Assembly (NCBI GenBank): GCA_964016885.1
Contig: OZ024762.1
Span: 9,362,001 to 9,426,000 of the forward strand
DNA from: Eledone cirrhosa
Lineage: Eukaryota
Reading direction: 5' to 3'
Length of the DNA stretch: 64,000 nucleotides
Below are positions 38,699 through 54,410 of this stretch, piece by piece. The translations under genes and the position numbers were made by a program. Every line of letters starts with the position of its first letter. Position 1 is the stretch's first letter. The notes beneath the pieces are model-generated. The model was not told the DNA's origin. It saw only the letters and a program-made list of their open reading frames with translations, and did not search any database.

Positions 38699-40212
38699 AC
38701 TAAAAAATTCGCCGAGAGTTATCGTTTGAATTACTTGCCCCTGATTGGAACTATTCTCGTTTGTTGTCATTCTTCTTTATTGAATTAAACTGTTAACATC
38801 GTTTGGATTTACTCGTGTAATTTGATAGAATCAGTCTGGATATTATACTAATGGTGAGAGGTATGTAATGTTTTATTTGCCGTATATACACTCACAGACA
38901 TACATTATTCTATATGCCTTTCATCCTTATGCGGTCGATAAAATAAAGTACCAGTAATGCACTGGATAATTGCTGGCCTTGTGCCAAAAGTAGAAACAAT
39001 TATTCTATATACAGAAAGATTCTAGAGACGTACATATTGTTTTATTTAAACCTAAATACACACACAAAACTAGATTTATATATATATAAATGTTCTTTAG
39101 CTGAGGTAAAATACCCTCTAATTTACCTATACGAACGCTTTATTTGCCATGTATATTTTAATTCATTGCTAAACACTCGAAAATACAGTCTTAGATATAT
39201 ATTAACATTCTTTAGTGTATGCATTCACCTCTATAATCCATACACTATCTAGATCAATATACACATATAAAGCTACATTTATATATACACCTTCATTCTT
39301 CTAAAGAGGTATGTAATGTTTCAGTTGTCCCTTAAATTCATCGATAAACACGTAGTTATTCCTGAGACACAAGAATATATTTCACTACCCTTCATATACA
39401 GGAGGAATGTTAGAGACGTATATGTATAATATAACCGTCTTTTTACTAAGAATAATAACTAAAACCCCTTCATACTCAGGAAAACTAAACATTCTATCTA
39501 CATACACCGCCTTCTGTCTTATTCATAGTGGTACATTGTTAGAAGTAACTAACTAAGCCTTCTCTCGACACTATCATTGCATATTTTAAAATCCACTTCT
39601 TCATATACTATATTTAGGTTTAATCAATACATATATTGATGATTGGAATCATGGTCTTAAGATTACCCAAATCGATACTAACTATTACAAATACAGATCT
39701 CTCTAAGGCTATGTTACCTACATATTAATTGTTCTGAAAAGATGCATCAGTGTTCTCCTCTATGGAGCAGAAACGTGGCCCCTCACAAAGACGATTGACA
39801 GCAGTGCCCTGAGGACCATCACAGCCTTAGTCTCGTTCAACGCAGTAGCACCTGGTCGGCTCTACCCATGATGATGCCGGTCTAGTCTAACAAGAATAGA
39901 TGTACAAAATACTCGAATATAAGGTGACCCTCCTCCCTATCTTATGTCTGAGAAGTGGGCAAAAATGCGAACCTTATTTACGTAGAATTTGAAGTTGGCG
40001 AAAACGGTCAAACTATTGGATCCCTATATATGTACAAAACACTAGCAGTTCCTTAATGGCTATATATCCCGTTATATTTATATAGAAAGAGAAACGGAAA
40101 GAAAACGAGATAACACTCGGAATAGGTCGTGTTATCTTGCTTTCTTTCCGTTTCTTTTTTTTTTAAAAAAGAAGGAAAATGTTAGCTATAAGTATGCCTA
40201 TTTGACTCGGTA

Positions 40213-40382
40213 GAATTGCGGCTTGTGCGTGGCGCTGCACGTAGCGTTTCTGGCTTCGCTGTCGTACTTCGGTATGGCATGACCACTCGATCGTGTCTGA
40301 AGTTCGAATCGTTGCGGGGGTCGGCCGGGACCACAGCAGGCTGGCTTTATGCTGGCCTGCTCTCCCACTCGCATGAGTTTTT
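40213..40382 (+). ncRNA. Candidate Pol III ncRNA, copy B'
   Basis: TATAAGTA at 40187; T5 at 40378-40382. Confidence 0.55.
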
Positions 40383-42265
40383 GCCAAACAATTTGACGAG
40401 AGTTATCTCCCCTTAATTTGAATTATTTGCCCTTTGTTTACATTGAACTACTTCCGGTTTGTGGAACTCTTCTTACTTTGTTGTCATTTCTTTTCAGTGT
40501 ATTGAAGCGGTAACATCATTCTACTTACTCTGGGACTATTAACGATACCGGTTTGGATTTTACGTTCGAGTAAAGAGGTTTGTAAAGTTTTATTTGCCGT
40601 ATATACACAAACATTGTTGAGACACAAAAGTAAGTTGCCATGTCTTTTAAAGAAACAAAACTAAATATATACACGCAGCTACCTCTTCTAACTAAACATA
40701 CATGTTACCCTCCTCTATTATGAAACAAAACTAACCATGATCTGTATATATACACACCTCTTCTAACATGTTACAACTAAATCTTCTCTCGATACTATAT
40801 ACATACTTGTAAGGAAATATAACCAAGCTTCCTCTCTATACACATTTTATCTTCTATATAAACCTTATACCTGAATACACACACAGATATTCTATATACA
40901 AGAAGACACTTTTTCACGTAAGTTCACAAACACTTCAGGCATATTTATGTATTTGCCGTAAATTTATTCTAAACCATGTAGAGGAAGAATCCTGGGGACA
41001 TACGTACACATGAAGCTATATTCATGTATAAACGGTCTCCCTTCTATCATAACAGATACTTATGAGGCGCAATATACAAACTTGTTCATACTGGAATAAT
41101 AGACATGAAACTAAACCTTCTCTAGACATATGAATATAGAAGCTAAACCATAGTTATATCTTATATCTAACGAAGCATGGTAGCTCCATTACTCTGCCGT
41201 AAGACGACTCACTACTACTTCTAGCATCCTCACCTGCTTGATAGCTACATCATCCATATATAAACGTTTTTCACTAGATACAAAACTAAACCTTTATATA
41301 TACACAACTAACCTATTTTATATTCCTAAGGAACAGCACCAGACCTGGAGACTACTACAACCCTATCTCAAGAAGAAAGGTAAATAAATTGTGAAATAAA
41401 AGAATAAACCAGTATTTTCCTTTGTTCCCTTATTATTTACTCCCTGTATATATACACACACTAGACACCTCTTACACTGTAGGAAGACAAAAACCTTCTG
41501 TCACTGTATACTAGATTCATATTATATAAATTATTTCCTAGATACACACCTATTAGAAACAAGCCATCTCTATATACAGGTAAATAACATCAATGTAGAC
41601 ATGTCTGTATATAAGAAACTGTATTCTATAGAATATATCTAAACCCACATTGTGTGTGTCTCTTTATATTATACACGTGTATGTAGAAACCTGGAAGTGA
41701 ACATCATACATATATAAGATAAGAGGTTTTGATCTGTACATACATATCAATACATCCTCGCTAGATACTACACATACGTCTCTTAGGAAACTACTACGAT
41801 TGTTCTTCTAGTTGTGTATAAGCATCTCATAGTAGAACGTGTACATGCTTCCTAAGAAGCAAGAGAGCTAACTGTATAAATACAAAGAAATTTAGTGTTC
41901 TTCACATACACACATATATAGAAAAACTGTATTCAATATGACACACAAAGCTTACTTCATGTCTATAATATACCTTCTTCTCTATATTGGAAGAAGTACC
42001 TCCATTATATATTGAAGTTGTGTTCAATAGAGTACAGTATGTAGAACCATATGTACGCAGTTACCCTTTTCTTTAAAGGATACATCAATACCCTGTTCTC
42101 CTCTAGACAGGCATACTTCATATAAACACTTTTGTGTATATAAAGCATATCTTCATTGTAAATTTAGAAGTTACACTACACAGATATAAAGACAACCTAC
42201 ATACATATTAATACCCTTATATCTCTAGACTACTGTATTATATAAATATAGCTAAGGAATTAAAG

Positions 42266-45200
42266 ATGTATGTATATACATCTGTATATATACATACATA
42301 TGTATATATATATACATAAATATGTATATATATATATACATATGTATGTATATATACATACATATATATATCCATACATATGTATGTATATACATACATA
42401 CATATCTATATATACGTATGTGTATACATACATACGTATGTGTATATATATACATACGTACGTATGTATACATACATACATACATGTGTATGTATACATA
42501 CGTATGTCTGTACATATACATACATACGTATGTATATAGACATACATACGTACGTCTATATACATACGTATGTATATATACATACGTATATATGCATACG
42601 TATATATGCATACATATACATACATACGTATGTATATATATACATACGTATGTATATACACATACGTGTGTATATATATACATACGTATGTATGTATATA
42701 TACATACGTATGTATGTATACATACGTATGTATATATATACATACGTATATATATACGTACGTATGTATACATACATGCATATGTATGTATACATACGTA
42801 TGTATATACATACTTATGTATACATACGTGTGTGTATATACATACGTATGTATGTATATATACGTATGTATGTATATATACATATGTATGTATATATACA
42901 TACGTATGTATACATACATATGTATGTATATATATATACATATGTATGTATATATACACATACGTATGTATGTATATATACATACTTACGTATGTATATA
43001 CACATATGTATGTATATATACATACATACGTATGTATATATACATACATATGTATGTATATATACATACGTAAGTATGTATACATACATACGTATGTGTA
43101 TATACATACATACGTATGTGTATATACATACGTATGTATACATACATACGTATGTGTATATACATACGTATGTATATACACATACGTATGTATACATACA
43201 TACGTATGTATGTATACATACGTATGTGTATATACATACGTATGTATGTATGTATACATACGTATGTATATACACATACGTATGTATGTATATACACATA
43301 CGTATGTATGTATACATACTTACGTATGTATACATACATACGTATGTATACATACATACGTATGTATATATACATACATACATATGTATGTATATATACA
43401 TACGTATGTATGTATACATACATACATAGTATGTATGTATATATACATACGTATGTATGTATACATACATATGTATGTATACATACATATGTATGTATAT
43501 ATACATATGTATGTATATATACATACGTATGTATGTATACATACATATGTATGTATATATACATACGTATGTATACATACATACGTATGTATATACACAT
43601 ACATACGTATGTATATATACACATACATACGTATGTATATATACATACATATGTATGTATATATACATACGTATGTATGTATATATACATACATACATAG
43701 TATGTATGTGTATATACATACGTATGTATGTATACATACGTATGTATATACACATACGTATGTATGTATATACACATACGTATGTATGTATATATACATA
43801 CGTATGTATGTATACATACATACGAATGTATATACACATACGTATGTATACATACATATGTATGTATATATACATACGTATGTATATATACATACATATG
43901 TATGTATATATACATACGTATGTATATATACATACATACGTATGTATACATACATACGTATGTATGTATGTATACATACGTATGTATGTATACATACGTA
44001 TGTGTATATACATACGTATATACACATACGTATGTATGTATACATACATACGTATGTATATACACATACGTATGTATACATACATATATATGCATACATA
44101 CGTATGTATATACACATACGTATGTATGTATACATATGTAAGTATGTATACATACATACGTATGTATGTATATACACATACGTATGTATGTATATACACA
44201 TACGTATGTAAACATACATACGTATGTATGTACACATACATACGTATGTAAACATACATACGTATGTATGTACACATACATACGTATGTATAAATACATA
44301 TATACACATACATACGTATGTGTATATACATACACATGTATGTATACATACATACGTATGTATATACACATATGTATACATACTTACGTATGTATACATA
44401 CATACGTATGTATGTATACATACATATGTATGTATATATACATACGTATGTATGCATACATACGTATGTGTATATACATACGTAAGTATGTATACATACA
44501 TACGTATGTATGTATATATACATACGTATGTATGTATACACACATACGTATATATGCATACATACGTATGTATATACACATACGTATGTATATATACATA
44601 CGTATGTATGTGTACATACATACGTATGTATGTATACATACGTATATATACATACATACGTATGTATATATACATACGTATGTATGTATACATACATACG
44701 TATGTATATATACATACGTACGTATGTATATATACATACGTATACATACATACGTATGTATGTACACATACATACGTATGTATATATACATACGTATGTG
44801 TATATACATACGTATGTATGCATATATACGTATGTGTGTATACATACATACGTATGTATGTACATATACGTACGTATGTATACATACATACATACGTATG
44901 TATATATACATACGTATGTATGTATATATACATACATACATGTATGCATACATACGTACGTATATATACATACGTATGTATACATACATATGTATGTATG
45001 TATACATACGTATGTATATACATACGTATGTATGTACACATACATACGTATGTATATATACATACGTATGTATATATACATACGTATATATACATACATA
45101 CGTATATATATACGTATGTATGTATACATACAAACGTATGTATATACATACGTATGTATACATACATACGTATGTATGTATACATACGTATATATGTACG

Positions 45201-45971
45201 TATGTATACATACATACATACATATGTATGTATGTATACATACATATGTATATATACGTATGTATGTATGTATATATGTATACATACGTATGTATATATA
45301 CATACGTATGTATATATACATACGTATGTATGTATATATACATACGTATGTATGTATGTATACATACGTATATATATATACATACATAAGCATGCATACA
45401 TACGTATGTATGTATACATACATATGTATATATACGTATGTATGTATGTATACATACATACTTATGTATATACACATACGTATGTGTATATACATACGTA
45501 TGTATGTATGTATACATATGTATGTATGTATACATACGTATGTATATACATACATACGTATATATACATACATACGTACGTATATACATACGTATGTATA
45601 CATACATACCTGTATATATACGTATGTATGTATACATACATATGTATGTATATATACATATGTATTTATACATAAATATGTATTTATACATACATATGTA
45701 TGTATACATACATATGTATGTATAAATACATATGTATATATACATACGTATGTATATATACATACATACGTATGTATATACACATACGTATGTATGTATA
45801 TATACATACACATGTATATATACATATGTATGTATATACTTACTTGTATATATACATACGTATGTATACATATGTATGTATATATACATACATATGTATA
45901 TATATAGACATATGTATGTCTATATATATACATACATATGTCTGTATATATATACATATGTATATATATAG
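42266..45971. repeat. ~3.7 kb alternating purine/pyrimidine microsatellite (mirror; ~158 bp shorter than the left copy)
   Basis: Directly visible. Confidence 0.97.
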
Positions 45972-47325
45972 CTAAGGAGTTGAACTTTTTTTTCTAGATA
46001 GAGATAAGTATGTGTATTCTATAGGATACTATTACCTTAAAACTATGTGTATATATACACTTACTTCTATAGAATCCATACATATTAACACCCTTCTATC
46101 TCTAGGCATATGTATACAGACAGAAAGAAATGGCCTCACTATAATACCCGCATTATATACATTACTTTCATGAAAGATGTTTCGAACTGAATTCATACTT
46201 CTATTCCTATATACATACTGGGAGAGATATAGAATACAAATTTATTCTATATACAGAAGGAAATAAACTTACTAGAATACTGTATATATACACATTATAA
46301 ATGTTTATAATATGAATCTTCTTTATTAATACCCATATACCTACTGGTAAGTATGAGAGAGATATAGAATATCCACATAACCCTGTATATATAGATATTA
46401 TAACCTCTTACAGAATACCTATATACACAGAAAGAAATAAACTTGGTAGGATAACTGTATTATATATATATATACATACAGTTTCCATTCTCAAAGAAAC
46501 TTTTCTATAGCACCACACTTACTTCTTTCAGTAAGAAGGATGTTTCTTACTGGGATTCTATAGTGTACATACACATTAATTAATCTATTCTATATATACA
46601 CTTCTTTCAAGAAGGATGTTTCTCACTAATTACATAATAATTGAATTCTCTCGCATGTTAATACCTTTTTATCTCTAGGCATGTGTTTAACAATCCACTA
46701 GTTATATATACACAGCTGTTAATTCCTATATATTTAATATGAATGAAAGTTAAACGATCTACATGTAAGATACTACCTGTGTATATATATAAGAAACAAA
46801 AATGTGAAATAAAGATCAATAAATAAACTACATTTTGTTGTTGGAGTTATTTTATTTCTTGAGACGACTGTGTGTATTTACACACTGAGTTGAGCTGGCG
46901 GAGATCTTCAACATACCTGGAAAGAAGCAGAGGGTATTGATAAAAACAATCCAGATTACACAGCTCTAACACCAATACTTTTTTAGAGGCAGAAATTAAA
47001 ACTCTTTATCATGAACAGTTTAGTTTCTTAGGAGAGTGGGTATAGGGATGTGAAATACAGTTTCTTATATGCCTCTAGATAAGGCATTACTGTATATATG
47101 GGTTTTTTTAATTATAGAGAAGGATAGTAAATATAAGCCTTCTAGATGTTACAGAGGAGTCTCTACATACAAAAAGTAGATTCTTTGCTGCGTACACACA
47201 ATATCTAGTAGTAAGTTTCTATATATATATAGAAGTGTATTATATACACACATGTGTACAATATTTATATAACAAGGCAGTGTATTCTATAAAAAACTGT
47301 ATGTATGGGGAGTTTTTTTCCTCTA

Positions 47326-50288
47326 TTGAGAAGGATAGTGCTGTGCTCCCGCAAAGGGTGCTCTACGCCTTGGCCGACCAGGCCCGAAACCCAGGTTAAT
47401 TAGACTGTCGTTTTCAAACTCAACTGAGGCACGTTCATACCTTGTAGCCTCTGATAAAGCTAGGCGTGAAAGTCGGATTGCTTTCCGAACACGCCCTGGT
47501 CTTCCACCTGATGTCCGCCCAAAGTTGCGTGCTGCAGCTTCCCTAAACCGCAGCTCGGCAGAACATGAAAGCTTCAGCCTACGAGATGTTGGGCAGATAT
47601 GGAAGTTTGTTAAGGCTGGCGAATCATGGAAAAGAGACACCAGCTGGTCTGAAAACACGTTCGGTCAAATCTGTCGGCAATTCCTTGTGCTGATTTGAAC
47701 CAATCACAGCAGGAAGTTTTTTTCTGCGATATCCGTATGACCATGTCAACACTGCTACTTGGAGTCGTTTACCGTCCCCCAAATTACCATCAGGACACTC
47801 AACTTTGTGATATCCTCAGAGCTGCTGCCAGGAAGACAGCCACTTATGTTTTCATTGCAGGTGACTTCAATCAGCCTGAGATTGACTGGGAAACCTTTCG
47901 TTGGCCGCCAAGTGCAAATGACTTCCTTGAGCTGGTGCTGGACTCGAGTTGGTCCCAGGTGGTCACCTCCCCAACGAGAGGTGACAACACTTTGGACCTA
48001 CTCTTCACCACTACTCCTGAAACGGCCATTAGTGTTACTGCTGAGGAACCTTTAGGTGACTCTGATCATGCTATGATCATTGCCAATCTATCCCTCATGG
48101 GCAGTGACAAGAACCACAACCATCTCCAAAGTGCTCACTTTGACTGGAATAAAGCAGACTGGAACTGTTACTGCACCGAGTTGCAACGGCCAAACTGGCT
48201 TGAGTTCTACGACTCTGGAGATGTCAACACTGTACTCCAGAACATCCTGAGCAGCATCGGTGCCACGTAAGCGGAAAAAACATCCCAAAAGCGCAATTTG
48301 GGAGACTGCAGCAGTCTGTCTTGCCAGAAAAGAACGGCGCAATGCTGAACGTGAGTACAAACTTCACAAATCAGACATTAATAGGAAGAGGCAAAATAGA
48401 TCGTCCAACCACCTCAAACAGGTGACAAAAAAGGCAGTGCTTCAATTTGAGCAGCGCATAGCAACCAGCCCTGACAGTAAGGTGTTCTGGAAGTATGTTC
48501 ACTTAAAGCAGAGGCCTCACTCTCCAGTTGGTCCTCTTCGCAATCCCCACACAAGCCATGCGCAGAGCTCATTGCTGAATGCTATTCAGGCATTTTCACT
48601 ATTGAAGACCAGAGTGTACCATCTCCACCACCTATGACACCGGACTCTATTACAACCATGGAATTTACACCTGCAATGCTGCGACGTCACCTAAAAAATC
48701 AACGCAACCATGCCTCTCCTGGTCTTGATGGTGTTACGTACCTGCTTCTTAAACGTGGTGGGTACTTCCTTCTACACCAGTTATCACGCTTCTTCCAATT
48801 CTGTCTGAACAACGGTGCTACTCCAGAACAGTGGAAAACTGCCAGTGTCATTCCTCTGTTCAAAAAGGGTGACCGCACATCACCTGTAAACTATCGTCCA
48901 GTCAGTCTTACTAGTTGCATCGCCAAACTGATGGAATCCTGTGTCAGAGAAACACTTTGGAACTTCTGGAGCTCTCACAGTCTTATCCGGCCCTTGCAAT
49001 TTGGATTTATCCCCAACTCCAGCTGCTGTGATCAACTTATAGAGTTTCTTGAGGACATCACCCGGATCACTGATGGCGGCTCATGGGTGGATGTTGTTTA
49101 CCTTGACTTTGCGAAGGCCTTCAATTCTGTGCCACACAAAAGGCTTATGGCAAAACTCTTTGCAATGGGTGTGAAGGATGATCTTTTTAACTGGTTGAAG
49201 TCCTTCATTCTCAGTCGAAGAGAGGTAGTCGCGGTTCTGGGACAGCATTCCTCATCATATGAGATGTCATCTGGTGTACCACAGGGATCTGTTCTTGGCC
49301 CCCTTTTGTTTGTGGCATATATTAATGACATAGATGCCAACTTAAGGAATGCCACAGTACTAAAGTACGCAGACGACATCAAGCTGTACCTTGAGATAAA
49401 AAGGACAGATCCTGAACACTATAGATCTTGCTTGCAGTCTGACCTGGACACAATACAACAATGGATCTCAGACTGGCAACTCAAGCTAGCTGCGGACAAG
49501 TGCACCACCATGCATTTTGGGAGTAAAAACCCAGCGTCCACATACTCCCTCCACAGCACTAATATCAAGAAGTCTTCCTGTGAACGTGACCTGGGCATTA
49601 CGGTCAGCAGCGATTTGCGTTGGACGAGGCACGTCTCTAAAGTTGTCAAGAGGGCCGAGGGTGTCTTAGCATCACTCAGCAAGACCTTTGTCAGCCGCTC
49701 TCCAGATATCTATTTAAGGCTGTATACAGGCTATGGTACGACCACACTTAGAATTTGCATCACCAGTCTGGAACCCCTATCTTGCTCAGGACATTGACCG
49801 CCTGGAAACTGTTCAGAGACGTGCAACCAAGCGAATACCCTCCATCAGGCATCTACCATACTCTGAGCGCCTTGCTTCCCTGGGCATGGATTCATTGAAG
49901 CTCCGACGCCTGGCAACTGACTTGGTAAACCCCCACAAAATTGTTAACCATGTTGCCAACAACAACCCTGAGTACCTTTTTGATTTCCATGTGTCTAACA
50001 CACGTGGACATGCCCACAAAGTCAGAAAACAGCACAGTTCCCATGACTTTCGGAAACATTTTTTCACGCTCAGAGTTGCTGAAGCATGGAACAAACTACC
50101 TGCATCAGTTGTTAGCTGTCGAGACACTGCATCCTTTAAGGCCTCCATGCTTCCCGAGATCCGCCAACACTACAGCTAACACATACACACATGTACTTCC
50201 CTGACATTTGTGTATTATTCTATGTACTATATTGACGAGTTGTAGTGCACCTGAGCACTTTACACAATAATTTCATTATTATTATAAT
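47326..50288 (+). mobile_element. CR1-clade LINE (mirror copy)
   Basis: ORFs 47695-48270 (EN), 48260-48637, 48634-49797 (RT) and 49733-50179; upstream ORF1-like RLGRPGPKPRLIRLSF; attattatt tail. Confidence 0.93.
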
Positions 50289-51082
50289 GTCTTCTACATA
50301 CAAAAAATAGATGCCTTGATAAAATATCCAGAGTTTTATGTAAGTATCCTCGGGAAAAGTAGTAGAGAAGAGTGTTTTAACTTTGCCTTGTGTATGTAGA
50401 TGCTGCATATATACGATACTGTATTCTATATACTACAGTTTCTTATATAGCTCCGGATACTGTGTATAATGAGGAGATATACCTTTCTTCTAAGTAAGTA
50501 TATACAGAGAAGGTGTAATAGAGATACGATTATAATATAAATATATAGTTGATATGATGTGTGCAAGAGAGAATGCTGAGTTGGAGTAAAGGTGGTGATG
50601 CCGAGGTAACTCGACGTAGAAATTACGATGCTATAAGGTATAGAGAGGAAAGTAACATGTATGTTTAGTTAGAAGAGGTAGCTGCGTGTATATATTATTT
50701 GTTTTGTTTCTCGGAAGGAGGTTTAGTTCTGTGAAGAGTGTTTAGAATAAATTTAAAAGACATGGCAACTAAAACACTACAAGAATGCATTTATATTGAA
50801 GAATTAAATGTATGTATATTTCCAAGATAGTGAAATGTATTTTTGTGTCTCAATAATATTCGTGAGTGTGAATAAAACTTTACAAACCTCTTTACACGAA
50901 CGTAAAATCCAAACCGGTATCGTTAATAGTCCCAGAGTAAGTAGAATGATGTTACCGCTTCAATACACTGAAAAGAAATGACAACAAAGTAAGAAGAGTT
51001 CCACAAACCGGAAGTAGTTCAATGTAAACAAAGGGCAAATAATTCAAATTAAGGGGAGATAACTCTCGTCAAATTGTTTGGC

Positions 51083-51252
51083 AAAAACTCATGCGAGTGG
51101 GAGAGCAGGCCAGCATAAAGCCAGCCTGCTGTGGTCCCGGCCGACCCCCGCAACGATTCGAACTTCAGACACGATCGAGTGGTCATGCCATACCGAAGTA
51201 CGACAGCGAAGCTAGAAGCGCTACGTGCAGCGCCACGCACAAGCCGCAATTC
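51083..51252 (-). ncRNA. Candidate Pol III ncRNA, copy A'
   Basis: Mirror of copy A. Confidence 0.55.
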
Positions 51253-54159
51253 TACAGAGTCAAATAGGCATACTTATAGCTAACATTTTCTTTCTTTTTT
51301 AAAAAAAAAAAGAAACGGAAAGAAAGCGAGATAACACGACATATTCCGAGTGTTATCTCGCTTTCTTTCCGTTTCTCTCTATATATAAATATAACGGGAT
51401 ATATAGCAATTAAGGAACTACTAGTATTTTGTACATATATAACGGGATATACACGAATAGAAGCCAGGGAATATGTAGAAAGGTGTTGACTTATATAGGG
51501 AGTCAATAGTTTAACCGTTTTCGCCAACTACAAATTCTACGTAAATAAGATTCGGATTTTTACCCATTTCTCAGACATAAGATAGGGAGGAGGGTCACCT
51601 TATATTCGAGTATTTTGTACATATATTCTTGTTAGACTAGACTGGCATCATCATGGGTTGAGCCGACCAGGTGCTACTGCGTTGAACGAGAGTAAGGCTG
51701 TGGGCTGATGCGTCACTCCGTTGGAAACGTGGTGGTCCCATCTGATGTTTTAGATGGTCCTCAGGGCTCTGCTATCGAAGCTGTCAATCGTCTTTGTGAG
51801 GGGCCACGTTTCTACAATTAATATGTAGTTAAATATACTTCAAGATGGTAACATAGCCTTAGACAGATCTATATATGTAATAGTTAGTGTCGATTTGAGT
51901 AATCTTAAGACCATGATTCCAATCATCAATATATGTATTGATGAAACCTAAATATAGTCTGTTCTAGGCTTCTTACCAGTTTCTTTGGAATTAAGTGTCT
52001 GAGAGTATAGGACGCTGAGTGTACTGGAGAAATGTGAAATGGTTTTAAAGACTTACATACAGAACTTCCAAGCTGTGAGAGTTACATGTATGTATGGACC
52101 CGTAACTCCTGAGGGAGGCAACGCATTGACCTACAGTGTTTCTAGGGCTCTTTTAAAAACCTGGCAGAGCCCAGGTCTGAATACAGCGGATTTCTTCTAG
52201 AGAAGTATAGAGGAAGAATCAACCCCGAATGGATGAAATGGGATTTGAATTCAGACAGCTGAAATGAAGGCATTCTATCTGTTACATTTATATATACATA
52301 CTTTCTTTGTCTAATAAACAAAACTAAATCTTCTCTAAACACACACATAAAGTTACATTTATATAAACGTTCTTCTGTACAAAAACGAGGGTCAACTGAA
52401 AAGCTCATCGGCTGACTATGAAGGAGTGAAATCTTGCATGCATTAATTTCAACCCTCCTTACTAATAACTGCATTGTTTCTTTCCATTTGGTCAGTCAGC
52501 CCTCTTACATAGATACTTCTGATTCTCTTTTTTACTAAGAAACATAATTAAACCTTCTCTACACAGGAAAACACTACTGCCATCTTCAAAGGAATGTAAA
52601 TAAACTTCCTTATCTAGCGACGAACATGTGAAATAAACCAAACTTTTGCTTTTTCATTTCTTCTAAGAAACAAGACAGCTAACTCCAATAAGTGTGTATA
52701 CAAAAAAAATGTCTACACACTTCAGGAAAAGAAAAATTTGTATAAATATATATTTAGCACCCATCCACCATCTGAGTGAATCTCTTGGTCAGTGCCCAAG
52801 TCTCAGACCCGTACAGCAACACAGATGAATCTTCAAGTCTTTACGAAGGTCCGATCTCAAACAGTGACAGGCTTTGCTCCAATGCTGAGGATGGCTCTGA
52901 ACATTAATCAGTATACACTGAGGATGAAGAGCTCTGAGCTGTACAGGAGCCTCTCGAAAGTAACACAGAGGAGATTGAGGTTAGCTGGACATGCTCACTG
53001 ATATTCAGAGTTGATACTGCACTCAGTGGTCCTGTGGAAGCCCCTCCGCGGACAGAGGGAATTTTACCCACCCTAGATATATACATACAACAGATGAATT
53101 TCCATGTTGAGATATCTTGATTCAAGAAATGTATTATTGAATATATGTATCTTTTCCCGAAGTGTGAATACATTTTATTGGCGGATTCTATATATATATA
53201 TATACAAACAAAAGAGTAAACCTTTCAGCAACCAATATACCTTATGAAACATTTCAGCAAGTGGCCTTGGAGTGAAAGGACTGGAGATCAGGAACTTCGA
53301 GTCTGGTTGTATCCCTAGGCTGCAACAGGAAGGAGAAAAACATTATCAAAAATACCAGCAACATTATCCTCACCCTTGGCAGGACTAAAATGTCATACCC
53401 AACATAAACATCCAAATCAAATAGGTTGTTTGGATCCTCATATATATTTATATAACCAAATTTAATATAGAAATATTCTACAGGACTAGAACTGTTTTCC
53501 TTCGAATGAAACAGTTCTAGACCTGTAGAAGCTATTTCTATATTAAATGTTGTTGTATACACTCTTTTAATGTATTGAGAACTTTACTATGGTCCCCCCC
53601 CCCCCCCCCCCCCCGATTGAACCCAGGACTCATATATATGGTAGGTATGTGTGTAACTATAGTTACAGGTGGTTCACTGGTTGAAGCATTCAATGCTTGT
53701 TTATGGTTTAACCTTAACTTCATTCCTGCTTACTTGTATATATATTAAAACTTAAGCCAAAATCTCTTTTTGTGAGGATATGAGCTAGACTGACTAAAAT
53801 AAGTCAATTTTACTTATAAAGTTCCTCAACCCTGGTTTCCGGACATCAGAAAACAACATTAACCATTCCAATACATTAGAAGAATGACAATTCCATCATC
53901 AGGATAAGAAGTCTTTGGAATAACAGGAGTTGAATACATACCATGTCGTTGCCGACTGCATGGTGTCCAACAGGTTGTGATACTGAATTACTATATGAAT
54001 ATATCCCACTCAATGTATGAGGACAACACAACAGGTTTATATTAATGCTAAAAATAGCAACCAAAATCAGCTCAGTATAGATGCCCTTACTTTGGATGAC
54101 TTCGGCACATAAAGTCACCATAATATTGAACAGTTTTGTAGTGATAATATTCCACTCTT

Positions 54160-54410
54160 CTTCATTTGGTCATTCCATGAGAATATCTTGGTCAATCAAC
54201 CCTCATACATATATAAACTTAATCTTTCTTCTGCTTTACTTTTTTACTGAGAAACAAAACTAAACTTTCACTACACAGGAAGATACTACTCCCATCTTTG
54301 AAGGAGAGTAAATAAACTGTCTGGTCTAAAGACGAAAAAAATGTGAAATAAAAGAATTAAATAAACCAAACTTTTGCTTTTTCATTTCTTCTAAAGGACA
54401 TGACAGCCTC
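54160..54410 (+). repeat. Diverged direct paralog of ~52485-52680, containing half of the 88-bp satellite monomer
   Basis: Shares aaataaaccaaacttttgctttttcatttcttctaa and ctacacaggaa...ccatctt; contains catttggtcattccatgaga.tatcttggtca. Confidence 0.7.

Larger units (their letters stand above)
32297..53561. repeat. Right arm of ~43 kb palindrome
   Basis: Reverse complement of the left arm. Confidence 0.97.
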
